Source: an uncultured Chloroflexia bacterium
GTDB taxonomy: Bacteria; Chloroflexota; Anaerolineae; Aggregatilineales; Phototrophicaceae
DNA: 64,000 nt
Direction of reading: 5' to 3'
Assembly: GCA_963814185.1 (NCBI GenBank)
Contig: CAWFCF010000004.1
Span: 896,358 to 960,357, forward strand
How positions within the stretch are numbered: the first letter of the stretch is position 1; every line of letters begins with the position of its first letter. The translations under genes were made by a program, and so were the position numbers. Shown here one piece after another: positions 49,596-58,276 of the stretch. The notes beneath the pieces were generated by a model that saw only the letters and a list, made by a program, of their open reading frames with translations, did no database searches and had not been told where the DNA came from.

Positions 49596-51572
49596 ATGCA
49601 GAAGCTTAACGTCAGTCGGTTATTGATCGGGAAACCGCTGGAAACGCGCGAACTGCCCGATCAAGCCATTAGCAAGCCTATCGGATTAGCAGTCTTTGCC
49701 TCCGATGCGCTGTCCTCAACCGCATACGCCACCCAAGAAATGCTGATTATCTTGTCGCTCGCCGGGGGCGGAGCGATGGTTCTGGGTCTGTCGATCCCGC
49801 TGGCGATTGCGATTTCCGTACTGCTGATTATCGTCACGCTGTCGTATCGGCAGACGATTTACGCCTATCCCAACGGCGGCGGCGCGTACATCGTCGCGCG
49901 CGACAACTTGGGCGAGCTTCCGGCGCAGATCGCCGGAGCGGCGCTGCTCACGGACTATATCCTAACGGTCGCAGTCAGTATCTCGGCGGGCGTCGAGCAG
50001 ATCACGTCCGGCTTTCAGGGGTTGCTCCCGTATCGGGTCGAAATCGCGGTCGGCGTGATCATCCTGATGACCGTCATCAATTTGCGCGGGGTCAAGGAAA
50101 GCGGGCGGGTGTTCGCCATCCCGACCTACTTCTTCCTTTCGACCATGTTCCTGACGCTGGGCATCGGCTTGGTCCGCTATTTCACCGGGACGCTGGGCAC
50201 GGTTCAGGGAGTCGAGGTGATGCAGCACGATCTGCTGGAGCCGCTTTCGCTGTTCCTGATCCTGCGGGCGTTTTCAAGCGGCTGTACGGCGCTGACCGGG
50301 ATCGAAGCCATCTCCAACGGCATTACCGCCTTCAAGAAGCCGCGCAGTCATAACGCCGCGACCACACTGATCTGGATGAGCAGCATCCTGATCACCCTGT
50401 TTTTGGGGATCACCTTTCTGGCGCATCAAATTTCGGCTCAGCCGAGCGACGTTGAGACGGTGATTTCGCAGCTTTCGCGCACCATTTTTGGGAATGGCAC
50501 CGTGTTCTACTTCATGGTGCTGGCGGGGACGGCACTGATCCTGCTGATGGCAGCCAATACCAGCTACGCCGACTTCCCACGCCTTGCTGCCCTGCACGCA
50601 GGCGACGGCTTTCTACCGCGCCAACTGACTTATCGCGGCGGACGGTTGGTGTTCGCGTGGGGGATCGTGGTGCTGGCGGTTGCCGCCTCGACGCTGGTGA
50701 TCCTCGCCGGAGCGAACACGACCGCGTTGATACCGCTGTACGCGATTGGCGTGTTCCTGAGCTTCACCATCTCGCAGACGGGCATGGTGGTTCGGCTGCG
50801 CAAGATCGCCAAGCTGAAGCCGGGCGAGAAGGTTCAAGGCTTGGAAACCGAGCTGGAGTACGACCCGAACGTGAAGCGGCACATCGCCTTGAGCGCGGTG
50901 GGCGCGTGCTGCACCTTCGTCGTCCTGCTGATCTTCGCCATCACCAAGTTCGCCAGCGGCGCGTGGATCGTGGTGATCCTGATCCCGACGCTGGTGTTCA
51001 TCTTCTTCCGCATCCACCACCACTATAAGGACGTAGCGCACGCCCTGAGTTTGCGCGGCAAGCGACCGGAACTGCACAAGCATCCGGTTCGCACCCTGAT
51101 TCTGGTGGACGACGTTCACGCCGAAACCGTGCGCATGGTCGATTTCGCCAAGTCGCTCGATCACCCGTGGCAGGCGATTCACGTCGCCATTCACCCGGAG
51201 AAAGCCGAATTGGTCAAGCACAAGTGGCAGGAGCGGATTGGCGAGGGCGAGATCTTCATGCTGGAGTCGCCGTACCGGATGCTGGTCGAGCCGATCAAAG
51301 AGTACATCGAGACGCTTCAGCGGGAGATACCCGGCTGCTTCGTCCACGTGATTATGGGGCAGTTGGTGATGAACAGCTTCTGGACACAGGCGCTCCACCA
51401 AAACAGCGCGTTCATCTTCAACTTGGCGCTGAGCGGCATGGAGCGAGTGGTGGTGACCACCGTCCCCTACCAAATCCATCGTGGCGAGGGTGAGGACGAA
51501 GGCAAGGAAGTCGCCGAGGCGGAAGAACCCAACGACGTGTGGCGCGAGAAAGAACCGCAGCAGCAAGCCTAA
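49596..51572 (+). CDS. APC-superfamily transporter, KimA-like (putative K+/H+ symporter), second paralogue
   Basis: 658 aa, collinear with 13208..15202 and carrying the same motifs (LLIGKPL, FASDALSSTAYATQEML, SYRQTIYAYPNGGGAYIVARDNLGE, HQNSAFIF). Confidence 0.8.
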   Translation: MQKLNVSRLLIGKPLETRELPDQAISKPIGLAVFASDALSSTAYATQEMLIILSLAGGGAMVLGLSIPLAIAISVLLIIVTLSYRQTIYAYPNGGGAYIVARDNLGELPAQIAGAALLTDYILTVAVSISAGVEQITSGFQGLLPYRVEIAVGVIILMTVINLRGVKESGRVFAIPTYFFLSTMFLTLGIGLVRYFTGTLGTVQGVEVMQHDLLEPLSLFLILRAFSSGCTALTGIEAISNGITAFKKPRSHNAATTLIWMSSILITLFLGITFLAHQISAQPSDVETVISQLSRTIFGNGTVFYFMVLAGTALILLMAANTSYADFPRLAALHAGDGFLPRQLTYRGGRLVFAWGIVVLAVAASTLVILAGANTTALIPLYAIGVFLSFTISQTGMVVRLRKIAKLKPGEKVQGLETELEYDPNVKRHIALSAVGACCTFVVLLIFAITKFASGAWIVVILIPTLVFIFFRIHHHYKDVAHALSLRGKRPELHKHPVRTLILVDDVHAETVRMVDFAKSLDHPWQAIHVAIHPEKAELVKHKWQERIGEGEIFMLESPYRMLVEPIKEYIETLQREIPGCFVHVIMGQLVMNSFWTQALHQNSAFIFNLALSGMERVVVTTVPYQIHRGEGEDEGKEVAEAEEPNDVWREKEPQQQA

Positions 51573-51590
51573 TCGGCAAGAGATAAACCG

Positions 51591-51621
51591 AGCGCCCCTG
51601 ACTATCGGGGGCGTTTTTTTA
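51591..51621 (+). terminator. rho-independent terminator of the second KimA-like gene
   Basis: CGCCCC-loop-GGGGCG stem followed by TTTTTTT. Confidence 0.7.
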
Positions 51622-51622
51622 T

Positions 51623-52411
51623 TTACGCAATCGCCCAGCGGCGGCGCGGGAAATCGAATATCCAGTTCGCGCGGCTGATTAGGTTGTAGCCGAGGATCAG
51701 GTCCATCGGCAGGTCGAGCGTGGCGTTCACGGCGCTGAGATCGACGGCGGCGACCCGATGGGGCGGAAAGGCGTGACCGCCGATGCGCGCTTCCGCCATG
51801 ACGTACAGGGGCGTTTCCATTACCGAGCCGCTGGAATCGGTGCCGGTCGAAGCGCCTGCTTCGGCGAAGGAATCCGGGTTCTGCTGGATTAGGCTCAAAT
51901 CCACGACCGTCAGGCTTGCGCCCGTGTCCCAGACGGCACGGACGGTCAGGCTGCCGATTTGAACGTCCACGTAGGGATGGAATTTCGGGTCAAGCAGCAG
52001 GTCTTGATCAGGATAATCGGCTTCGGCGTCCGCGTTCACCAATAGACGATTGCGATCAAATCGGAAATAGCAGCGGTGATCTTTGAGGAAGTCCATGCCG
52101 ATCAAACTGCCCACCGGGGAATCGGGTTGCGCCATGCGGACGATGGGGAAGTTCGGTTTGGCGATGGTTCCAAGCTCAAGGCTGGGGACGACGATCAGGT
52201 CTTCGCTGCTCTTGGCGAACACGCCGGACGAATCGTGTTTTTCACTGCTGGGGAAGGTCGCAGTGTACTGGTCGGCGACCACGCGGGAGCGGGCGGCGCC
52301 GGTATCCAGCAGAAAGCGATAGGCTCGGCTGCCGATGCGCCCATCCACGTAAATCTGCGCGGTCTCCGGCTCGTCGGCGTCCGGCGTGATGATCAGCGGG
52401 ATTTCGCTCAT
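51623..52411 (-). CDS. two-lobed retropepsin-like (clan AA) aspartic protease
   Basis: Two D-T-G-A catalytic motifs (FLLDTGAARS and AVWDTGASLT). Each is followed about 55-90 aa later by a hydrophobic-G motif (LIGMDFL, ILGYNLI). No signal peptide. Confidence 0.65.
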   Translation of the reverse strand: MSEIPLIITPDADEPETAQIYVDGRIGSRAYRFLLDTGAARSRVVADQYTATFPSSEKHDSSGVFAKSSEDLIVVPSLELGTIAKPNFPIVRMAQPDSPVGSLIGMDFLKDHRCYFRFDRNRLLVNADAEADYPDQDLLLDPKFHPYVDVQIGSLTVRAVWDTGASLTVVDLSLIQQNPDSFAEAGASTGTDSSGSVMETPLYVMAEARIGGHAFPPHRVAAVDLSAVNATLDLPMDLILGYNLISRANWIFDFPRRRWAIA

Positions 52412-52421
52412 GCTGCCTCAG

Positions 52422-52450
52422 CAAACAAAACGCCCGGCATAGACCGGGCG
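52422..52450 (-). terminator. rho-independent terminator following tRNA-Gly
   Basis: The minus strand reads CGCCCGG-tctatg-CCGGGCG-TTTTGTTTG. It ends 10 nt before the protease ATG. Confidence 0.65.
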
Positions 52451-52468
52451 AAGCGTCACAACTATAGA

Positions 52469-52541
52469 AGCGGGTGAAGGGACTCGGACCCTCGACATTT
52501 TGCTTGGGAAGCAAACGCTCTACCAACTGAGCTACACCCGC
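52469..52541 (-). tRNA. tRNA-Gly (anticodon CCC)
   Basis: Hand-folded cloverleaf: acceptor GCGGGTG/CACCCGC, D-arm GCTC-AGTTGGTA-GAGC, anticodon arm TTTGC-TTCCCAA-GCAAA, variable loop ATGTC, T-arm GAGGG-TCCGAGT-CCCTT, discriminator U. No encoded CCA. The T-loop has C where U55 is expected. Confidence 0.85.
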
Positions 52542-52553
52542 AGCATGAGGATC

Positions 52554-52582
52554 ATTGTATGCGGCGGGCAGGAGGATGTCAA
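52554..52582 (-). promoter_or_regulatory. consensus sigma70-type promoter of tRNA-Gly (TTGACA-17 nt-TACAAT)
   Basis: Reverse complement reads TTGACAtcctcctgcccgccgcaTACAAT. The -10 ends 12 nt before tRNA position 1. Confidence 0.65.
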
Positions 52583-52617
52583 GATAGCGCGTTAAGGCTC
52601 CATCGCGGGGTTAACCA

Positions 52618-52626
52618 TGCTATAAT
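52618..52626 (+). promoter_or_regulatory. extended -10 element TGCTATAAT for the flippase-like/GT4/MT/GT-C operon
   Basis: TGCTATAAT lies 20 nt upstream of TTG 52647. GGAGG SD at 52634-52638. Confidence 0.45.
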
Positions 52627-52646
52627 CGCCAGCGGAGGTCTCAATC

Positions 52647-53660
52647 TTGAAAGCCGCAAGATATTGGCGTGCCGGATTGCTAGGGGTGGGTGCGAGCCTG
52701 TTGGCAATCTATTTTATTGCTTCGCAGATGCAGGATGTCGATCAGATGTGGTCGGCGCTGCGCCGCGCCGATTTCCGCTGGATTTTGATCAGCATGGGGA
52801 TCATCGTGATCGGGCTGTTCGCGCGCGGGGCGCGCTGGCGCGTACTCCTGGGCGGAGCGCTTCCATTTTGGCGTTCTTTCAGCATAACCAACGTGTCTTA
52901 CCTCGTGAATGGCGTCGTTCCGCTGCGGATAGGCGAAGTAGTGCGCGTGTATCTGGCGACGCAGGCGAAGCCGCCTGTCCCGGTCATGAAATCGGTTGGG
53001 ACGATTGTTTTGGAGCGGCTGATCGACGTGTTTTCGGTGCTGCTGATCCTGATTATTGCCTTATCTTCGGGACCGCTGCCTGACCAATTTCGTGCTTCTG
53101 CCTACTTCTTCGGCGCAGGTTTGATCATTGGCTGCGTGGTGAGCTTGGTGATGGTATTTCATCGAGAACAAAGTATTCGGCTTGCAGACAAGGTTGAACA
53201 AAAGCTTCCTTTGTTCAAGCGATTACACCTGAGTACATGGCTGGCGAATTTTCTCGATGGGCTGAAGTCTCTTACGGAAGTGAAGTCGATTGGACAGGCG
53301 TTAGGCTGGGCGGCGGCAAGCTGGGCATGTTCGCTGGCGAGCGGCTACGTGCTGATGATCGCCTTTTTCGGTCATGGGGAGTGGGCGACCACCTTCCTGT
53401 TCTCGGCGGCGGCGTCGCTGGCGGTGGCAGTTCCGGCGGTTCCCGGCAACCTCGGCACCTACGAGCTGTCGATTTTGCTGGCGCTGCGGGCGATGGGCTA
53501 CGGCGACCCGATGGCGACCGCGACCGCGTTCGCCATCGCGGTTCACGCGGTCAATCTGCTGGTGAACAGCACCTTGGGCGTGTATGGATTTATTCAGGAA
53601 GGCGTTTCGCTGGATCAGCTTTCGCAGGGCGTCCGCGAGATGAAAACACCACTGGGTTAG
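52647..53660 (+). CDS. UPF0104 / lysylphosphatidylglycerol-synthase-TM-region family protein (flippase-like domain)
   Basis: 337 aa with about 8 TM helices. Family motifs ARGARWRVLL, VPLRIGEVVRVYL and VPAVPGNLGTYE. Confidence 0.7.
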   Translation: MKAARYWRAGLLGVGASLLAIYFIASQMQDVDQMWSALRRADFRWILISMGIIVIGLFARGARWRVLLGGALPFWRSFSITNVSYLVNGVVPLRIGEVVRVYLATQAKPPVPVMKSVGTIVLERLIDVFSVLLILIIALSSGPLPDQFRASAYFFGAGLIIGCVVSLVMVFHREQSIRLADKVEQKLPLFKRLHLSTWLANFLDGLKSLTEVKSIGQALGWAAASWACSLASGYVLMIAFFGHGEWATTFLFSAAASLAVAVPAVPGNLGTYELSILLALRAMGYGDPMATATAFAIAVHAVNLLVNSTLGVYGFIQEGVSLDQLSQGVREMKTPLG

Positions 53661-53661
53661 C

Positions 53662-54839
53662 ATGTCCGGGCAAAAGCTGAAGATTTCTCATCTGTCTGCT
53701 GTACTACTTCCCGCACCGAACCGGGCTGACCATCCACGTGCAGCGGGTCGCGGAGGAACTGGTGCGGCGCGGTCACGAGGTCACGGTGCTGACGGCGCGC
53801 TACAGCAACGATCTGCCGCGCGACGAAACCACCATGCATCAGGGCGTGCGGATCGTGCGGCTGTGGGCGCCGATCCGGGTGAGCCGGGGCATGGTCATGC
53901 CCGCCTATCCATGGGCGCTGTACAAGCTGATGCGCGAGCATGACGTAGTGAGCGTGCATACGCCGACCCCGGAAACCGCGCTGATCGCCGCGATCTCCAA
54001 GCTGACTCAGCGCAACATCGTGGTCACACATCACGGCGACCTGATCCTGCCGGACGGATCTGACCAACCGGATGATTCAAGGCGGGATGTACGCCATGTA
54101 TACGGTGCTGGCGAAGCGCGCCAGCCACATCCTCGCCTACAGCCAAGATTATGCTGATCATTCGTATTATTTGCAGCCGTTTATGGATAAAGTCACGCCG
54201 GTCTACCCGCCGATCCAGATGCCGCCGCCGAATCCTCAGCGGGTGGTAGAGATGCGCGCCGAGTGGTCACAAGGCGATGGGACATCGCCCGATGCGCCGC
54301 TGATCGGGTTCGCCCACCGCTTCGTGGAAGAAAAACGCCCGGATTTGGCGATCCGCGCGCTGGAGGTGGTCACGCGCAAATACCCCAACGCTCGGCTGGT
54401 GTTCGCCGGGCAGTACAATATCCCTTACGAAAATACGTGGGAACGCCAGCAGGCGTTGGTCAACCAGTTCCGGGATCGGCTGACGTTTCTCGGCTTGATA
54501 CAAGATACGCAGGAACTCGCCAACTTTTACGCCGCCTGCGACGTGCAGGTGTTGTCCAGCGACACTGAATGCTTCGCGCTGGCGCAGGTCGAAGCCATGC
54601 TCTGCGGCACGCCGGTGGTAGCAACCGACATCCCCGGCGCGCGCGTCCCGGTGCGCGAAACCGGGATGGGCAAGCTGGCGCGCGCGGGCGACTGGCAGTC
54701 CATCGGCGAGGCGCTGGTCGAGGTGCTGGATCACCCGGAGCAGTATCGCAAGCCGCGCGAGCAAATTGAGCAGACATTTTCATTTCAAGAGACGGTTGAT
54801 TGCTATGAGCAGGAGTTCCGAACCTACGCCCGCCGTTGA
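53662..54839 (+). pseudogene. GT-B fold glycosyltransferase, family 4-like, disrupted by two +1 indels as sequenced
   Basis: MSGQKLKI / LICLLYYFPHRTGLTIHVQRVAEELVRRGHEVTVLT... / LTNRMIQGGMY...GFAHRFVEEKRPD...LVFAGQ...FYAACDVQVLSS..ECFALAQVEAMLCGTPVVATDIPG (E-x7-E-like motif). Extra bases lie in the TTT run 53684-53686 and near 54056-54060. Length is 3n+2. Confidence 0.75.
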
Positions 54840-55683
54840 TCCGCAGGTCATCACACACATGACCCGCAACGAGGCGGACATGGCGTTCAAGAAGCGGGTG
54901 CAGACCATCTTCGAGTGGATCGAGCCGAGCGACGACAAGCTGATCCTCGACATGCCCTGCGGGCGCGGCTTCTACCTCAACATGATCCGCTACGTGAGCC
55001 GCTGCAAACTGGCGGGCGCGGATTTGGACTGGGAGGTGATGCTCAAGGCGCAGCGGAACGTCGGCAGCTTGCCGGATATTACGCTGAGCAACGCCAGTAT
55101 CTACGCGCTGCCCTATGCAGAGAACTGCTTCGACGCGGTGATCCTCTCGGAAATCCTCGAACACATCGATGACGACGTTGCCGGGCTGAAAGAGGTCTAC
55201 CGGGTGCTGAAGCCGGGCGGCGTGGTGGCGATCACCGTGCCCAACGCGAATTATCCCTTCTGGTGGGACCCGATCAACAAGACGCTGGAAACTGCCTTCC
55301 ACCGCCACATTCAGCATGGAACCTTCGCGGGCATCTGGGCGAATCACGTGCGGCTGTACCGCCGCGATCAACTGCGCGAGGCGGTGCTGGCGGCTGGCTT
55401 TCTGCTGGAAGAAGAACGCGCCTTCACCCACGACAGCTTCCCGTTTATCCACAATCTGGTCTACGGGTTCGGCAAGCCGCTGCTGGAATCGGGCGCGCTG
55501 CCCAAGTCGATGGCGAACGCCGCCGACCGCACCACCTTCGACCAAAATGACGGGAGCTTGCTGAATCCGATAAATCTCGGTATCAACGTGTTGAATTGGT
55601 TCGACCGCAACAACCCGATCAACGAGCCTGTCGGTCGGTCGACGGTGAATCTGGCTGCGAAGGGGCGCAAACCGCAATCATGA
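54805..55683 (+). CDS. class I SAM-dependent methyltransferase with C-terminal extension
   Basis: Motif I ILDMPCGRGFY, post-I LAGADLD, motif II/III AVILSEILEHI...VLKPGGVVAITVP. The start is uncertain (TTG 54766, ATG 54805 or ATG 54859). Confidence 0.75.
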   Translation: MSRSSEPTPAVDPQVITHMTRNEADMAFKKRVQTIFEWIEPSDDKLILDMPCGRGFYLNMIRYVSRCKLAGADLDWEVMLKAQRNVGSLPDITLSNASIYALPYAENCFDAVILSEILEHIDDDVAGLKEVYRVLKPGGVVAITVPNANYPFWWDPINKTLETAFHRHIQHGTFAGIWANHVRLYRRDQLREAVLAAGFLLEEERAFTHDSFPFIHNLVYGFGKPLLESGALPKSMANAADRTTFDQNDGSLLNPINLGINVLNWFDRNNPINEPVGRSTVNLAAKGRKPQS

Positions 55684-58175
55684 GCGAGCAACCGCCGCAC
55701 GACATCCCTGCCGAACCGGAAGCGGAGCGCGACTTTGAAGACCTGACGCTCGAAGAAGCGGTCGGGCTGCTGTGGCGCAAGCCGTTCTCGACGTGGCGAG
55801 CGATTTCCGCGGTCGCGCGGACGCCCGCCTTCACCCAGAATCGTGCCGAGCCGCCCTCGGTGTTCGCCCCGCCTGTGCCCGCTTACGCGCCGCCGATGCT
55901 GCCGCCGAAGCCGCGCGTTCCGGCGTTCGTCAGCGAGCTGCCCGCCGCAGCGGTTCCCGCAACCCTCGAAGCCGCCGACGAGTTCCCAAGCTCGCGCTTG
56001 ATCGTGTTTGTGCAGTTGATCCTGCGGCTGGTCGCGCTCGGTCTGGCGATCTGGGGCGGGGTGATCATGTTCCAGTCGCCGATTCGCTCGGAGCAGACCG
56101 GGCTGGACATGGGCGCGCCTTATCTGCTGACCGGCTTCCTGCTCTGGCTGCTCAGCGAACTGCTGAAGCCGATCTTCGACCGCCGCCCGCGTCCCGCCCG
56201 AATCCCGCAGGCGCGGCGGCGCGAAGCCACCCTGATTTTGTCCACCGAGCGGCTGGCGGTGATCCTCGGCGGGCTGATCACCTCGGCGCTGGCGTGGATG
56301 CTCAACGGCGGCAACCTGTTCACGCTGCCGGGCGTGATCGTGTGGTTCGCCAGCATCCTGCTGTGGGTATGGGCGTTCGCGCCGCGCGGCTGGACTCCGT
56401 TGGTGGGGCTGCGAATCGGCTGGAACTGGCTGCGCCATCTGCGAATTCGGCTCAGTTGGACGCTGCTGGTGCTGCTGGCGATCATGGCGATTGGCACCTA
56501 CTTCCGGCTGACCGATCTGGACGGCACGCCGCCGGAGATGACCAGCGATCACGTCGAGAAGCTGCTGGACGTGAACCGGGTGCTGCACGGCGAGACCAAC
56601 GTCTTTTTCGCCAACAATCACGGGCGCGAGGCGATTCAGTTTTACGCGCTGGCGCTGATGTCGTATCTGCCGGGCGCGAGCCTCGACTTCCATCTGCTCA
56701 AGCTGCTGACCGTGATCGAGGGCTTGATCACGCTGCCGATCCTGTGGTGGATGGGCAAGGAGGTGATCGGCAAGGACGAGCCGCAACTCGGTAACGCGGT
56801 CGGCTTGACCCTAGCGGCGCTGGTGGCGGTGAGCTACTGGCACGAGATGCTCAGCCGACTAGGGCTGCGGATCGTGCTGACGCCGCTGTTCGCGGCGCTG
56901 GTGATCCTGTTTCTGGCGCGGGGCGTGCGCTACAACCGCCGCAGCGACTTCATTTATGCGGGGCTGGCGCTGGGCATCGGCGTATACGCCTATCAAGCGA
57001 TCCGAATGCTCCCGGTGGCGGTGCTGTTCGCGGTAGGGATCGCTTTCCTCTTTTGGATGCGCCGCGAGCGGGTTCACCTGCTGATGAATCTGGTGGTGCT
57101 GGTGCTGGTCTCGTTCGCGGTATTCGTGCCGCTGGCGCGCTACTCGGTCGAATACCCGGAGAGCTTCTGGAGCCGAACCTCCGGGCGGTTGTTCGGCGAC
57201 GCGATCACCGAGACCACCGACGAGAACGGCAATCTGATCCAGCGCACGCCGACGGTTCAGGAGCAGTTGACCGCCTTCAACAAGAACGTCCCGGTGCTGC
57301 TGGACAACTTCCGCAACGCGCTGCTGATGTACAACTGGAAAGGCGACGTGGCGTGGATCAACAACGCGCCCAACGATCCCGCCTTCGACCCGATAACTGG
57401 GGCGCTGCTGATCCTCGGCGTTGCGGCGTGGCTGGCGCGGATGCTGCGCCGCCGGGATGCCTTCGACTGGGCGCTGATCCCGCTGATCTTGATCATGATG
57501 CTGCCCTCGGCGCTCTCGATTGCCTATCCGATTGAAAATCCCAGTGCGACCCGCATGAGCGGCACGCTGCCCGGCGTGTATCTGCTGGCGGCGCTGCCGC
57601 TGGCGCTGATGGTGCTGGCGCTGCCCAAGCTGATCGGGCGGGTCGGCGCGTTTATCGCGCTGATCGGCGCAGCGGGCTTGGTCTTTTTCAGCTACAGCGC
57701 CAACTCCAAGACCTATTTTCAGGATTTCCGCTCGTCTTACATCGCCAACTCGCTGCCTTACAGCAGCGGCGGTCAAGTGCTGCGCGCGTTCGCTCAGCAG
57801 AACGGGTACGGGAACGCCTTCATTCTGGCGTATCCGTATTGGTGGGATCACCGCGCGCTCGCCATCGACGGCGGAGACATCGACTGGGCGAACACCATCC
57901 TGTCGCTGGACGACGTGCCCAGCTTCCTGCTCCAGTCCAGCCAGCGGAATGATAGTCTGCGGCTGGACATGACCAAAGACCTGCTGTTCTTCTATTCGCC
58001 GGACGATACGCAGGCGCAGCAGTGGCTGCTGACCACCTTCCCGCAGGGCTACTGGGAGAACGTGCCCACTTATCAGCCGGGGCACAGCTTCAACCTGTAC
58101 CACATCCCGGCGCTGGGCGTGGATGGATTCGTGTATTTCTTGCAGCAGCACGGGTTAGCCGCGCAGGGGCGGTGA
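55680..58175 (+). CDS. large polytopic membrane protein, GT-C/ArnT-like putative glycosyltransferase (paralogue D) with Pro-rich cytoplasmic N-terminus
   Basis: ORF 55596..58175 trimmed to ATG 55680 (ATGA overlap with the methyltransferase stop). More than 12 TM helices, a FRLTDLDGTPPEMTSDHVEK loop, and a C-terminal soluble domain. Confidence 0.55.
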   Translation: MSEQPPHDIPAEPEAERDFEDLTLEEAVGLLWRKPFSTWRAISAVARTPAFTQNRAEPPSVFAPPVPAYAPPMLPPKPRVPAFVSELPAAAVPATLEAADEFPSSRLIVFVQLILRLVALGLAIWGGVIMFQSPIRSEQTGLDMGAPYLLTGFLLWLLSELLKPIFDRRPRPARIPQARRREATLILSTERLAVILGGLITSALAWMLNGGNLFTLPGVIVWFASILLWVWAFAPRGWTPLVGLRIGWNWLRHLRIRLSWTLLVLLAIMAIGTYFRLTDLDGTPPEMTSDHVEKLLDVNRVLHGETNVFFANNHGREAIQFYALALMSYLPGASLDFHLLKLLTVIEGLITLPILWWMGKEVIGKDEPQLGNAVGLTLAALVAVSYWHEMLSRLGLRIVLTPLFAALVILFLARGVRYNRRSDFIYAGLALGIGVYAYQAIRMLPVAVLFAVGIAFLFWMRRERVHLLMNLVVLVLVSFAVFVPLARYSVEYPESFWSRTSGRLFGDAITETTDENGNLIQRTPTVQEQLTAFNKNVPVLLDNFRNALLMYNWKGDVAWINNAPNDPAFDPITGALLILGVAAWLARMLRRRDAFDWALIPLILIMMLPSALSIAYPIENPSATRMSGTLPGVYLLAALPLALMVLALPKLIGRVGAFIALIGAAGLVFFSYSANSKTYFQDFRSSYIANSLPYSSGGQVLRAFAQQNGYGNAFILAYPYWWDHRALAIDGGDIDWANTILSLDDVPSFLLQSSQRNDSLRLDMTKDLLFFYSPDDTQAQQWLLTTFPQGYWENVPTYQPGHSFNLYHIPALGVDGFVYFLQQHGLAAQGR

Positions 58176-58276
58176 GCGCCATCAGTTTTGAGGAAAATCG
58201 CTTGTTTCTCTGTACAATGACAACGGTCGCGCAGGACAGTAAGCTACGGCTGACGTGCCGCTAACAAAGGTTCCGT

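Noticed and set aside
51573-52646. An integrated mobile element or genomic island at tRNA-Gly.
   Set aside because: There is no integrase, recombinase or phage gene next to the tRNA. I found no direct repeat of the tRNA 3' half (GGTCCGAGTCCCTTCACCCGC) elsewhere in the window. The flanking genes have the same GC-rich character as the rest.
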